Shown here one piece after another: positions 25,509 through 40,700 of a stretch of 64,000 nucleotides of DNA. The translations under genes and the position numbers were made by a program. How positions within the stretch are numbered: position 1 is the stretch's first letter; each line of letters starts with the position of its first letter. Origin of the DNA: Octopus vulgaris (Eukaryota); contig OX597827.1 of the NCBI GenBank assembly GCA_951406725.2, positions 79,298,001 through 79,362,000 of the forward strand, in the 5' to 3' direction. A model generated the notes under the pieces. That model did not search any database and was not told where the DNA came from. It saw only the letters and a program-made list of their open reading frames with translations.

Positions 25509-27812
25509 CTGTCAGATGAGTCAAATGCCATATAACATTAGTGACTGCCTGTAACATCCAGTCTCCCAGCCCCAGCACAATCCTATTTGCTTCAATTCAA
25601 CAAAACCTGTGATCAGGAAGTGAATATCTTAGACTGATTTCCTTTAATTTACAAGCTCCCTTTAACGAACATTAATTAGGAATGAAATAAATCAATAAGT
25701 CAAGAAATACATCTGTAGCAAGAGTCTCTCAGGACACCACTGAAAGGGGCAGCAGACACCAAACCTAGATGGACATAAGCTACGAGAAGCAAACAAGATA
25801 AGGGTAATAGATATGATTTTGGCTATAAAATATCTTGTGATGGTTGATAGAAAAGGGCTTCACTCAAAGGTCTGCTGTGTTCTCTATTAATGAACATTAA
25901 TTAAGAATAAATTAAATAGTTAAGTCAAAAACTACCTCTGTAGCAAACAAATCTCAGGACACCATTAAAAGAGGTAGCATTTGGTGGATGTAATTCACAA
26001 GGACAAGATAATGATAATAGATATTACTTATGATTGCTTCAGTTTACAGTTGAAATATTATTTTATTATTAAATTAAGAGTGGATGTACTGACTAAAATA
26101 TACATAAAATTCCATATAATTTCCTGCTTAATTGGAAAACGTAAACAAAAACCAAGTGGGAAATGTTAATAACAGTAACAAGTGAGATCATTTCAAGAAA
26201 TTAGGAAATCATCTCTCAGTGTTCATTTACATGCTCACAGCAAGGAATGTATAATGTTTGCATTAACTATTTCCCTGTTTCAGTCTCTTAGGCATCATCA
26301 GCATAGCATAGTCTAAAAGAGCATTCTCATCATTTGACAAAGTCATTGCATATAGAGGAAATGACTTATGAATAACTTTTCACCGTTATTATCTTCATAA
26401 TTAAAAGACAAGGAGATCAGGGAAATAATTCCAATGTGACAATGGCATCAAAGAGCAATAAATAAAGGTTTGATGCACTGAATGTTGTATACAAAATGGT
26501 TCTAAATAAATTGAAAATTGAAATGGAGAAAGAAACACCCTGGTGACAAAACATGCTACTCAGAAAATATTGTGAGAGCAAAGGAATAGGTCTGTCAGCT
26601 GAAACTAAACCAGAATCAATCCCATAAGAGAGTGTTGGCATCATGAAACTCCTCTTCTTAGGACTCTAATATTTGCTTCAGTTCAATGTGCCATTCTCTT
26701 ACTAGCATGTGAAAGTACAAGTAAACAAAATATCACAGACTACTTTACAAGTTCTTGATTAATAAAGGATAATTAGCATTAAATTAACTCATAAAGTCAA
26801 GAACAATCTCTACAGCAGAGTGAAATGAGAGGGAAAACAACCATGAAAACTTTGATAACCAGATGTAAAATGTATCAATGAGAATTACAAAAAGTCTCTT
26901 ATTAATGGGAGAGGCCAGAAAATCTCAGTGAATTATCAGCCAACTTAACAAAAACTATATATTTTTTAATTGCTATATATATACAAATATACATTTTTCA
27001 ACAAATATAACATGAAAAGCTCTAGTTGACTTCTCTCACTGTCAGCTGCTTCATTTTAGGCCAAGAAAAATATTTCTTCTAATCCTAAAAAGTGTTACAA
27101 ATACATTTAGAGAATACTGAAAACAATTAATAGAATATTATTGGTATAAAATTTTGTACAAATGGATCAGAGGATGTTGTTAAACTTGATAGAGGATATT
27201 TAGAAAACTTATTCATCCAATATCTTTAAGGAATATTTAATTTGTTGAAAAGAAAAAAAAAAGGATTATTAAAATTTGACATAAATAACACAGAATAATT
27301 TATAAAATAATGTTGAATATTTCACAATATATCTTAAAGGTACAAAAATAGGGACTGTAAAATATTTCAGCAGAGATTGTTTATAAAAATTTATCTATAA
27401 TTATCACCAAGAAATATTGAGATCTATTTACTAAGCATAATAATAATAATAATAATTTAACCCCATTTAGATATATTTTGTAGGCTTTATATCATACTGC
27501 TACGCATAATATAATTGTGATGTCTATTACTTTGTAGAAAGAGGATATCATTTCTGATCAATTCTCAAAAAATTTACAAAGCTCATTGATTGTTGTCAGA
27601 GTTAATATATTTTAACAACACAGGACAATATTGTCAGTTTATATCTCACAACAAATATCTTAAATAACTATTCTACTATTCTAAATAAATCAACATCTTA
27701 AAAATAACAATAATAATAACAAAATACACTTTTCTTTAATTGCATACAAAGAAATGTATCATAGATATTTAACAGGGCAGGTATTTATCTATCTATCTCT
27801 TTATCTATCTAC

Positions 27813-27859
<47 letters not shown>

Positions 27860-28199
27860 TATATAAAAGGATATTAGTGATCTGTAAGAGATTATTCAAA
27901 CTAGACAAAGATTAAGATTTAAGTGAATTATTATGACAAAAAAAATATAAACTATAATAACAGGCATTATTAACACCCAGTCTTACTGGCTTTCAATCAA
28001 TGTTTTCTAACGGTTAAATAAATATATATACACCTAGTTTGGACTATATTAAACCAATATTATATATAAAATATATCATAGCAATATATATGTATATAGT
28101 CTAATATCTCTTGTTTAATGTTGCCTTGAGTGATTCCAACATTAAAAGAAGTAATCCAGATTGAAGTAATTGTATTACAATGACTACTGCAGTTGTGTT

Positions 28200-28799
28200 G
28201 TTAATGGTGGAAGTCATGGCTAGATCTCTCGATCCTCCACTGTCCCAGTCCCTGTATATATACAACATGGCAGACATTTTAGATATTATCCTTACCCTGT
28301 CTTTCATTAGAAACACAAATAATATAAATGTTATAATGAATATGAAAAGATAATAAAGAGAGAGAGAGAGAGAGAGGGAGACTTACCTGCATTGTTTAAT
28401 CCTTCACTGTAGTTGTGTGTGATGGATGATGTGTATCCTGCTGTAGTGTTCCACTCCAACTGCTGCTGCTGCTGCTGTAGTGGTATTATAGTGGTACTGC
28501 TGCTGTTGTAGTAGTGTTCCTGTGTTACTGCTGCTGCTGCTGATGTTCCTGTGTAACTGCTGATATAATAGTGTGACAGTTGCTGTATGTAGTGGGAGGT
28601 GAGATGTTAGCCAGATGCTGGTGTGTGCTAGTTACAACTCTATGTCCTCCACACACACACACACACACACACAATTGTGTGTATGATGAACAAAGAAAAA
28701 AGCTATCAGCCTCACTTTCAATATTGAAAGAAATATAGAAAATCTCTCTCATCCAATAGGAAATTACTGCAATGTTGTCTGTGTCACACAAACACATCA
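28200..28799 (-). promoter_or_regulatory. g4 conserved promoter/first-exon cassette (CCAAT 28753-28757; donor 28387/28386)
   Basis: Near-identical to the g1 cassette. Confidence 0.75.
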
Positions 28800-28810
28800 A
28801 ATAAGAGAAG

Positions 28811-29330
28811 TCATGTTAAACAGAAGCAACTTCACTTTTTCTATTTAATAAAAACACTAAGTTTACATATCTAATGTTAGGAAATAAGAGATTTGTATTA
28901 AAATATAAGATTTATAATAATATTTCTTGAGATTAACTTCACTATAAGAATACATACTCAGGATTTCTATCAGAAACAAATTAATTTTAGAGTAAGTCAA
29001 CAAAAATTTCATTATTTAAGAAGTTTTCATGATTAGAGAAACTATAAACGAAGTAAATTAGGATTCATGTTAAACAGAAGCAACTTCACTTTTTCTATTT
29101 AATAAAAACACTAAGTTTACATATCTAATGTTAGGAAATAAGAGTTTTGTAATCAAATATAAGATTCATAATATTTTTTCATATTTGAAAGGTTATTATT
29201 AATTTCACTATAAGAATACATATCCAGGATTCCTATCAGAAACAAAATGATTTTAGAAGAAGTCATCAAAGATTTCATTATTTAAGGAGTTTTCATGATT
29301 AGAGAAACTGTATACGAAGTAAATTAGGAG
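28811..29330. repeat. Tandem duplication of ~250 bp of promoter-upstream spacer
   Basis: tcatgttaaacagaagcaacttcact...gaagtaaattagga occurs at 28811-29063 and again from 29065. Confidence 0.9.
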
Positions 29331-29972
29331 AAACAAATATATTTCTGAGTTAAAAATTTAAAAAACACATGATTTTCTGATATTTTATACTTTAGACTTC
29401 ATAAAATATGAAACTTTTGAATTTCAAAGTCAAAGCAAACTTCAAAACTGAGTTAGTTTTAGCTTATGACCAAGACTATATTGCTAGGTGTGGGAACCAA
29501 CAGTTATTTGTGTGGACTGATGTTGATTAGTTTATAGTAAAATTTAATATAAATTGAATATAAAAGAAAAAGAGGAAAAACCAAAAGAGGAATATCCAAA
29601 ATAAAAATAAAATAATGGCCAAATTTAGTATGACACTAATTAACAGTAGAATTAGTATCAAACTAAAAGATACTATAACTAAAAATTTTAGGTTAAGTCA
29701 GGTTAATTTATCTAAGTTTAGTGAAATGTCTATACTAAAACTGACAGTAAAATAAATGTTTAATAATATTAACTATGGTAATGTAGAGTAGGGTGTTTAT
29801 TATATTTCATGCGTCAGAGATGTAAATTAGGGGTCATAATAGATGCCACTGTAAGGCCCTTTATATGTGATGGATGAAAGAAACACAGAGTTGATATTTT
29901 TATCTGTATATAAAGTATTGTATAAGATTTGGTGTGTGAGAGAATCATTTAACAATAGTCATGGAACATCTA

Positions 29973-32900
29973 CTATGTTGGCTGTAGATAGGTATCTTGT
30001 ATTTGTTGTCCCTTTAGTATTGTGGCTGCAACTGGATTGTCATTGGTATATTCTGCAAAATATCAAATATACAAACACAAATTACATTTCAATATAACAA
30101 CTCCAATATATAAAGATAGAAACATTGATCTTGTATTACACTAAGCATAACATTATATATTGTCCTACAGTAATAAAGGCAATTACATTTATATGTTATG
30201 TTTTGATAAAAGTTACCTGGTTCTGCAGGTATCTCATCATATGGTTTAGTCTTGCCATTACTCTTGCTAGCTTCTCTGTCCTTTTGGGATGTTAAGGTGT
30301 CACTGTTGTAAGACATGATGGAACTGGTGCGACGTCCTTGACTATGGATTGAATCACATCTCTGTGGATTATAGAAAGAGGAATCTTATATCAATACAAG
30401 TTTAGATCACTCCTAATTATTTGTTTGTATATAAAGTGTATTGCATTTCTATAATGAATACTGTAACTGTTTTGATATCTGTAACATTATACAAAATAAT
30501 CAATTCAAATGGCGAAAGCTATACAAAAAATATTAACTAAAGACATAAAACATTATTTATATATGAGGGACTGAAGTTGAGTTTTCTGTAGCAATAATCG
30601 TACATATGTCAATAATGGATTGAATATTTTTATAAGAAATAAAACAAAAACATCTATTACCCAAAATAATAATTACCTGAGGCACAGGTGGAAGTCTCCT
30701 CTGTGTTGTTGAGAATTTCCACTCATCTGGTGTCTGTTCCATCTCCAGAAAAAACTGACTTTTAGATTTTATTGTCTGAAGATTTCGGTTAAATATCTCT
30801 TCTGCATTTCTCGTTATTGCAACAGGATTGTTAGTCTGATACAGTAATTGTCTCATCTCAGTCTGAGAGAGAAAGTTGGGATTCTCTGCTGTTGTGGGTG
30901 AGTTATTTGTGTGATTAATACATCTGAAAACACACAGTGTTATGGACACTACAATAGCCACAGATAGTATTACAGCTGCTGCTACAATGATAATTACCCA
31001 AGTCATATTCAGGTCGTGACCAGACTGGAATGGCACAGCAGTCAACATTGGAGATGTATCATTACTAACAAACAGTGTTAGTATGATAGCAGTTGTTGCT
31101 GATTGAACTGGAGTACCACCGTCTTTCACTATAAACTGCAGCTCATATGTTCCTGCATCATTTTGGTAAACTGTGCGAGAGAAAGATAACACACCAGTGT
31201 GTGAGTTCACTGTAAACAGGTTTTTATCATTGGATCTCAGTATTCCATATGTGAGGAAAGCATTGTTTCCAGTGTCTTTGTCAGATGCTCTCAGAATTGT
31301 GATGTCCTTCTTACTGTGCGGATGGTAGTGGACATCTAGATTGTAAGGGTCATTATTAGGAAACGTAAAATACGGAGCATTATCATTTTTATCTAGAATC
31401 TCAATAACAATATTGGCAGTGTCATTGAGAGAAGGTGTTCCATTATCTTTCACTAAAACCTTGAACTTATAGATGTCTTTCATTTCTCGATCTATTGGTT
31501 GTGATGTAGAAATAAATCCATATTTTGTCAGTTGGAAAGGAATGTTATCATTGTTGTTATCATTGATGATAGAATATGTAAGTTGGCCTCCATCTCCAAG
31601 ATCAGGGTCTGTAGCATTGATGAAGCCAATAGGGAAGTCAACTTTCTGGTTTTCATAGGTGAGGAATTGGAATGTCTCTTTGGTAAAATGTGGTTCTACA
31701 TCATTGACATCAGTTACTTTGACAGAGAAATATTTTTTACTTTCTAGTTGAGGTGACCCCATGTCATGACACACAATAGATACTTTATAGTGGTCCCTTA
31801 TTTCTCTGTCAAGATGGCCCTTAACAATCATTTTATATTCTTTAGAATCTATTTTGGCAAGTTTAAATTTATCATGTTTTAAATCACAGCTAACCTCACC
31901 ATTAGGTCCACTATCAGTGTCAGTGACCATAACATAAGCTATAAAACTACCAATTTTACTTGCTTCTGAAACAGCTGCTGAACTCTCTGATAAAGGAGAT
32001 ACAAAATCTATATTAATCAATGGAGCATTATTCTGGTTATTAATAATGTAAATCTGGACTTTAGTTACAGAACTTAAGGGTGGATTTCCTCCATCTCGTG
32101 CTTCAATAAATAATTTATAAGACTGCTTTTTACTAAAATGAAAATTATCATGTAAAAATAGATCTCCAGACTTCTCATTTAATACAAAATATGTCAGGAC
32201 ATTTTGAGATGTTTTATGGTTGAAATGGTAAGAAATCTTTCCATTGTCTCCTGAATCTTGATCTGTGGCTTTTAAAGTAAGAATTGGTAAATGTCTTTGA
32301 TGTGAATTACTTATAGAGATGTTGTAGAGTTTCTGTGAAAATGCAGGTGTATTATCATTGACATCTGTCACAGATATGTGTACCTTGAGTGTAGCTGTTT
32401 TGGGAGGGTAGCCTCCATCTTTAGCTTCCAAAGTCAATATATATTTGTCTTTGAGTTCTCTGTCTAATTTATCTTCCAATATTAATTCAGGTATGGAGAC
32501 ACCATCATGTCTTTTTTTGATTGAGAGAGAAAATGGTTCTCTTTTATTTTTCTTGATCATATATGTTATTTGAGAATTCTTTATTGAAATATCTTTATCA
32601 ATGGCATTTGGAAGAGGAATTTTAGTACCTTTACTCTCCCGCTCAGAAAATTCAATTTGAACTTCATTCTTTAGAAATTCTGGAGAATGGTCATTAATGT
32701 CATCTATTAATATTCTTATTTTTAATATTTTCATAAATGTTTCTTCTTTCCTCACTGCTACTTTAACTATTCTGGAACATTCCTTGTTGTATGTACACAG
32801 AGACTCAGCATCCAGTGTCTGAGTAGTGTATAGTTTTCCTGAGTTGGTGACATTAAATAAGTGAGAGCCACTTTCGACTGTCCTTTGTAGTTGTGTAAAT

Positions 32901-33076
32901 GTAATGAGAGTGTGTTGTTGATGTGTGAGAGGGTGTGATAAGTTGGAGTCAACAGCAATGTCTCCTATATAGGTGTGAGGTCTGTCTTCTTCATTGACAT
33001 GGTATATAATATCTATGGACAGTACAAGGGTGATCAGTAAATGTAGAAGACACAGTAGACCAATATATGCTGTCAT
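29973..33076 (-). CDS. Protocadherin g5, ~874 aa; coding exons 33076-30677, 30361-30217, 30052-29973
   Basis: Same motifs and splice sites; 1-codon insertion in EC2 (large exon coding part 2400 bp). Confidence 0.93.
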
Positions 33077-33989
33077 GTCTGGAATTCTTCATCACACTTT
33101 AGCAGGAGAAATTGCTACAAAAGATAAAAATATTATGTAGAATTAAAACAAAATAAGGCATAAAAGCAAAAACTACTTTGTAAATATTATTTCTATCCTC
33201 AAATATATACCATCAGAATCATCAGAACTATTTAAAATATGTCAACTTTTCTCTTCTGATAACAGTTACAGCTGTCTTTGTTGTGACGACGTGGCTGAAT
33301 GGATGATAGGAAACAAAAGCCGTAGAAAAGTGAAGTCCAAAAGTACCTGAACATTGAACTTCTACTGCTAGAAGTGCAATGCTGAATTTAAAAATATATT
33401 GATAGAAGACATCCAAGTACTTTTCTAAGGAAGATAATGAAACCAGTTAGTGTGACCGAGTTCATACATCTGGTCAGTGGACCATGTTTCACTTGGCATG
33501 GCTTCTACATCTACATTCTAAACATCTTATGGTTTATTTATAGGGAGTACTGAGTACATTTTATCATCATCATCATTTAGCATCTGATTTCCATGCTAGT
33601 ATGGGTTAGATGGTTTGACTGGAACTGATAAGCTGGAGAGATGTATCTGTTTCTAGTCAGATCTGGTTTGGTTTTTACAGTGGATGCCCTTCATAACATC
33701 AACAATAAAGGAAACAAGTATATAAATAAAAGATATTTTTTGCATAATCTGTTTAAGGAGAGATAGTACATATTTTTCAAAATCTATTCTCCTTTTATTT
33801 CACTATATTGTCTATAGATATTGAAATAAACTCATATGTAGGTTTTTCTGTCATGGGTAAAAAATGAACTACATGAAAACATGAAATAAAAACAAAAAAC
33901 AAACTTAAAGTGAATTGAATAAAAACAAAATCCATGCAGTCTGAAAATGAAGGACAAGACTGAATACAGGTGGGAAGCAAAAAATTGAG

Positions 33990-34530
33990 GAGCTAAAGGA
34001 GTAGATCTACTTGGTGTATAAAATGGAAATGTGTCACAGACATGGATGTTGAAATCTCAAGGAGTATGAAGGTAGGATGGAAGGTATTTACTTTGATAAC
34101 AAAACTGGACAAACCTCTACAAGCCTGTCTCTTCAATAGCATTGACCTAGCTGCACACGTATATCCAAATGAGACATGAGGTACTATGGAGAGGGATAAG
34201 TATTTCAATTAGCTATGAGACAACAAAGGGTCATGGAAAGATCCATGCTTGGAGAGCATATCTGAAATGGGAAGATATGAGACTGGAACAGAGGAAAAGA
34301 TGTATTTGCTGAACACTGACACACAAGTTCCAGTGGGGTGGATGTGTCACAAGGTTCACAGTGGACTTGTGCAGTTGCTGAGTGATATCCAAGATATGAG
34401 AAAAAAGGCATTCAGAAAGCTTTCACAATGATAAGAAGATAATTTAGTTGAACAATTTGGGACAACAAGGGAAGAAGGATGCAATCGAGAAAGAATTGGA
34501 AGTGCATTGTGACCAGTGGTGTTAACATCT
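33990..34530 (+). mobile_element. Degenerate RTE-like LINE 3' fragment (shorter homolog at ~41930-42195)
   Basis: Purine-rich decayed coding sequence (MDVEISRSMKVGWKVF..., QQRVMERSMLG) resembling the post-RT region of RTE LINEs. Confidence 0.55.
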
Positions 34531-35777
34531 GACTGATACTGTGAAACATATATTGATACATTTTACTTTGCAGACAAATTAGTGTTTCTAACAGCCTGAC
34601 ATTCTTTGGAAAGGAAGAAAGCTTTGAATGTTTCAATAAGCTGAGTAGACCACCAGAGACACAAATAGACTGAAGAGTTTGGTGAATATAGGAGCTAATT
34701 CAGGAGTTCACAGATGGAAGGAGATGGAAGAAACACAATCAGGGTGTAGTCACTTGGGTTGAAGTGGTGAGAAGAGTTTACACAATGGTCAATAATTACA
34801 CTTGACTCTGGTTGGTGTTGAATGACTGTATGACTCAGGTGGTAAAGTACTGGACAACCAGCAGAGAGGTCAGTGGTTCAAATCCAGTAGAGAAACTGGA
34901 TGTCAACACCCACTTCATTAATCTATGTAATTCAGAGAAGGTTTACCTAAGTGGCTGGTAACTATTTCATATGAAAAAGGAACTAAATAAATTTGAGGTT
35001 CAGACTGAAGTTAGTAACAATATAACTACATCTTATTTCGTCTGGTGGATGTAATTTAGGATTAACAATTAGAGAATGAAAACAGTTCTATGAGATTAAA
35101 GTAGAACTTAATGAAAAATAAATTGTAATGAAGTTATTATGTAATACTGTGGGGGAAAATCTAATAACAGGAGCTAGAATTTAGAAAGCTAATCATTTGG
35201 GAAATGTCACATGGATAAAGGATATTGTGATGGTTTAACCAATATTTTAAAGGAATATTTTATATTAAACTTCAAATGTAATAAAATGTTGAAAATATGT
35301 TGATAAAAATAATTATTAAGACCTAACACAGTGGTATTAATAACAAAGACAGAATACTTTATAAATTTATGTGGAAATATTTTACAAAGATATTTTTAAC
35401 TAGATACAAAGATGGGGATCATAGAGTAGTGAATTTTGTTGATGGAAAAAGATGTATTAATTATCTTTATGAAATATGTAGATCTCTTTCTAATTGAATT
35501 AATTGTAATAAAATTTATTTAATCCTTATTTACTTACAACACAAAGATTTTATACATAAAAAAATATTTCTTTTATATTATATTTAGTGAAGAACAACTA
35601 CATTAATGTGATGTATGATGGTTTGTAGAAAGACGATGATATATTTCTGATCAATTCTCAACATTCATCTCTTGTTGTTAGAGCTAATAGATTTTAACAA
35701 CACAAGACAGTATCATCAGTTTATATCTCACAACAAATAGCTTAAATAAATCTACACTACATTATATTTATCACAAT

Positions 35778-35849
<72 letters not shown>

Positions 35850-35986
35850 ACATTTTGAGTTTATGATATACAAAGACATGAAAAATATTTAACAGTATGT
35901 ATGTATGTCTATATCTATCTGTCTGTTTGTCTGTCATATATGACAGACAAACAATGTTTGTCTACATATATCTATCTATCTATATA

Positions 35987-36023
<37 letters not shown>

Positions 36024-36044
36024 ATTTTTTTTTTCTTTATTTAT

Positions 36045-36190
36045 TTTCTCTCCTTGTTTCTTTCTGTGGAAGAGTGTAAGCTCGAAACGTTAAAGACTTT
36101 TCCACTTCCCGAGCGTTAAACTAATACATCTGTTAGTTGTCTACATCACTTGTCTTTGTCTTTTGTTTCTTTGTGAATTCTCCCCCTATA
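36045..36190 (+). mobile_element. Short Penelope-like repeat fragment
   Basis: gaagagtgtaagctcgaaacg motif, flanked by (TA)n on both sides. Confidence 0.4.
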
Positions 36191-36457
36191 TATATATATA
36201 TATATGCTGACATCGGTTTGAGTTCATTAAAGTTAGAGAGAGACTAAGATATAATTACTGAATTATTACGACAAAACAGATATAAACTATACTGACATAC
36301 ATCATTATCACTATATTGAACAATTATGTATAAGATATGTCATAGCAATGTATATAATTTAATATTTCTTGTATAACGTTGTCTTGTGTGATTCCAACAT
36401 TAAAAGACGTAATGCAGTTCAAAGTAATTATATTACAATGTCTACTGCAGTTGTGTT

Positions 36458-37043
36458 GTTAATGGTGGAAGTGATGGCTAGATCTCTCGATCCTCCACTG
36501 TCCCAGTCCCTGTATATATACAACATGGCAGACATTTTAGATATTATCCTTACCCTGTCTTTCACTAGAAACACAAATAATATAAATGTTATAATGAATA
36601 TGAAAAGATAATAAAGAGAGAGAGAGAGAGAGAGACTTACCTGCATTGTTTAATCCTTCACTGTAGTTGTGTGTGATGGATGATGTGTATCCTGCTGTAG
36701 TGTTCCACTCCAACTGCTGCTGCTGCTGCTGTAGTGGTATTATAGTGGTACTGCTGCTGTTGTAGTAGTGTTCCCGTGTTACTGCAGCTGCTGCTGCTGT
36801 TCCTGTGTAACTGCTGATATAATAGTGTGACAGTTGCTGTATGTAGTGGGAGGTGAGATGTTAGCCAGATGCTGGTGTGTGCTAGTTACAACTCTATGTC
36901 CTCCACACACACACACAATTGTGTGTATGATGAACAAAGAAAAAAGCTATCAGCCTCACTTTCAATATTGAAAGAAATATAGAAAATCTCTTTCATCCAA
37001 TAGGAAATTATTGCAATGTTGTCTGTGTCACACAAACACATCA
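36458..37043 (-). promoter_or_regulatory. g5 conserved promoter/first-exon cassette (CCAAT 36997-37001; donor 36641/36640)
   Basis: Near-identical to the g1 cassette. Confidence 0.75.
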
Positions 37044-37772
37044 AATAAAAGAAGCCACATGGAAGTAAAGCAGTTTGTAGTGCTAAGAATTTCGTTTGTG
37101 TTTAATATTAATAAGCAAAGAAACTTCATATTTTCCTATTATCTTCAAGTTATAAACTATTTGATATTCTAGTTGAGAAATTCATCTTTATAATTAGTTA
37201 TATTGAAAATTATATTTGATGCTAATATTGATTTTAAACTTAAACTAAAACCCTCAACTTTTGAGATGAAATATAAGAAGAATGAGACAAATGACATAAG
37301 CTACAATGTTGTAAATTTGAGAAAATACATCTTATTAACGATGACAATAAATGATGCATAAAATAACATTATAAACAAATGGCTTTGCCTCTCATCATGT
37401 CTATATAATGGTGAGAAACGAATTAGTTCTATTTCTAGAATCTCCTTCGGTGTTTTTGAAATATAATTGTATACTTAAGAAAAAGAAAATTATGATGAAT
37501 TAAAAGCTAATTAACATTTCATGTAAAATTAAAAGTTTAAAATAAATATGAAAAAATAAATCTAACTAACTAAATATGTTAATATAGTTTAAAATATTTA
37601 CATTATTTAAGTATCAGAGATGTAAATAATACACCATAAGGAAGATGCTGTTGGCCGTTTATGTGTGCGATGTGTGAAAAAAACATAGAGTTGATATTTT
37701 TATATGAATATAAAGTATTGTATAAGATTTGGTGTGAGAGAGAATCATTTAACAATAGTCATGGAACATCTA

Positions 37773-40700
37773 CTATGTTGGCTGTAGATAGGTATCTTGT
37801 ATTTGCTGTCCCTTTAGTATTGTGGCTGCAACTGGATTGTCATTGGTATATTCTGCAAAATATCAAATATACAAACACACAAATTACATTCCAACATAAC
37901 AACTCCAATATATAAAGATAGAAACATTGATCTTATATTACACTAAGCATAACATTATATATTGTCCTACAGTAATAAAGGCAATTACATTTATATGTTA
38001 TGTTTTGATAAAAGTTACCTGGTTCTGCAGGTATCTCATCATATGGTTTAGTCTTGCCGTTACTCTTGCTAACTTCTCTGTCCTTTTGGGATGTTAAGGT
38101 GTCACTGTTGTAAGACATGATGGAACTGGTACGACGTTCTTGACTATGGATTGAATCGCATCTCTGTGGATTATAGAAAAAATTAATCTTGTATCAAATA
38201 CAAGTTTAGATTACAGCTAATAAAACAGTCCTTATATAAAGCGTTGGTGCAGAATCCTGCCTGATCATTTCCTGTCTAGTCGTCCAACCTATGCCAGCAT
38301 GGAAGATGGATGTTAAACAATGATTATAAAGGTGATAATAATATTGTAACTGCTCTGCTATCATTAAGACAATAATGATTAATTAATGCAAAGTCACAGA
38401 TTAACTATCAATTTTGATTAAAGTAAGAAATTTTCATATGTATGAGAATCTGAAGTTGATAGTTTATAAATATATTTGAAAATATGTGAATAATGGATAA
38501 AATAATTTTGTATTTAAAATCAAAAGGGTATCAGACGTAAAATAATATTTACCTGAGGCACAGGTGGAAGTCTCCTCTGTGTTGTTGAGAATTTCCACTC
38601 ATCTGGTGTCTGTTCCATCTCCAGAAAAAACTGACTTTTAGATTTTATTGTCTGAAGATTTCGGTTAAATATCTCTTCTGCATTTCTCGTTATTGCAACA
38701 GGATTGTTAGTCTGATACAGTAATTGTCTCATCTCAGTCTGAGAGAGAAAGTTGGGATTCTCTGCTGTTGTGGGTGAGTTATTTGTGTGATTAATACATC
38801 TGAAAACACACAGTGTTATGGACACTACAATAGCCACAGATAGTATTACAGCTGCTGCTACAATGATAATTACCCAAGTCATATTCAGGTCGTGACCAGA
38901 CTGGAATGGCACAGCAGTCAACATTGGAGATGTATCATTACTAACAAACAGTGTTAGTATGATAGCAGTTGTTGCTGATTGAACTGGAGTACCACCGTCT
39001 TTCACTATAAACTGCAGCTCATATGTTCCTGCATCATTTTGGTAAACTGTGCGAGAGAAAGATAACACACCAGTGTGTGAGTTCACTGTAAACAGGTTTT
39101 TATCATTGGATCTCAGTATTCCATATGTGAGGAAAGCATTGTTTCCAGTGTCTTTGTCAGATGCTCTCAGAATTGTGATGTCCTTCTTACTGTGTGGATG
39201 GTAGTGGACATCTAGATTGTAAGGGTCATTATTAGGAAACGTAAAATACGGAGCATTATCATTTTTATCTAGAATCTCAATAACAATATTGGCAGTGTCA
39301 TTGAGAGAAGGTGTTCCATTATCTTTCACTAAAACCTTGAACTTATAGATGTCTTTCATTTCTCGATCTATTGGTTGTGATGTAGAAATGAATCCATATT
39401 TTGTCAGTTGGAAAGGAATGTTATCATTGTTGTTATCATTGATGATAGAATATGTAAGTTGGCCTCCATCTCCCAGATCAGGGTCTGTAGCATTGATGAA
39501 GCCAATAGGGAAGTCAACTTTCTGGTTTTCATAGGTGAGGAATTGGAATGTCTCTTTGGTAAAATGTGGTTCTACATCATTGACATCAGTTACTTTGACA
39601 GAGAAATATTTTTTACTTTCTAGTTGAGGTGACCCCATGTCATGACACACAATAGATACTTTATAGTGGTCCCTTATTTCTCTGTCAAGGTGGCCCTTAA
39701 CAATCATTTTATATTCTTTAGAATCTATTTTGGCAAGTTTAAACTTATCATGTTTTAAATCACAGATAACCTCACCATTAGGTCCACTATCATTGTCAGT
39801 GACCATAACATAAGCTATAAAACTACCAATTTTACTTGCTTCTGAAACTGCTGCTGAGCTCTCTGATAAAGGAGATACAAAATCTATATTTATCAATGGA
39901 GCAGAATTCTGATTATTGACTACATGAATCTGGACTTTGGTTACAGAACTAAGGGGAGGTTTTCCTCCATCTTGTGCTTCTATAAATAATTTATAAGATT
40001 GCTTTTTACTAAAATGAAAGCTGTCATGTAAAAATAAATCTCCAGTTTTCTTATTTAATACAAAATATTTCTGAATATTTCGAGATGTTTTATGGTTGAA
40101 ATGATAAGAAATCTCTCCATTTTGTCTTGAATCTTTATCTGTGGCCTCTAAAGTAAAAATTGCTAAATGTCTTTGATGTGAATTATTTATAGAAATGTTA
40201 TAGACTTTCTGTGAAAATACAGGTACGTTATCATTGACATCAGTTACAGATATGTGTACCTTGAGTGTAGCTGTTTTGGGAGGGTTCCCTCCATCTTTAG
40301 CTTCCAGGGTCAACATATACGAGTCTTTTAGTTCCCTGTCTAATTTGTCTCCTAGAACTAGAGTAGGTATGAAGACACCATCATAACGCTTTTCAACTGA
40401 GAGAGAAAATGGTTCTCTCTTAGTTTTCTTAATCACATATGTTATTTGAGAATTCTTTATTGAAATATCTTCATCAATAGCATTCAGAAGAGAGATTTTA
40501 GTTCCTTTACTCTCCCTTTCAGAAAATTCAATTTCAACTTCATTTTGTGGAAATTCTGGTGAATGGTCATTGATGTCTTCTATTAATATTTTTATCTTTA
40601 GAATTTTCATAAATGTTTCTTCTTTCCTCACTGCTACTTTAACAATTCTGGAACATTCCTTGTTGTATGTACACAGAGACTCAGCATCCAGTGTTTGAGT

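Noticed and set aside
34833-34888. tRNA-like A and B boxes
   Set aside because: No complete cloverleaf visible; probably a decayed SINE head.
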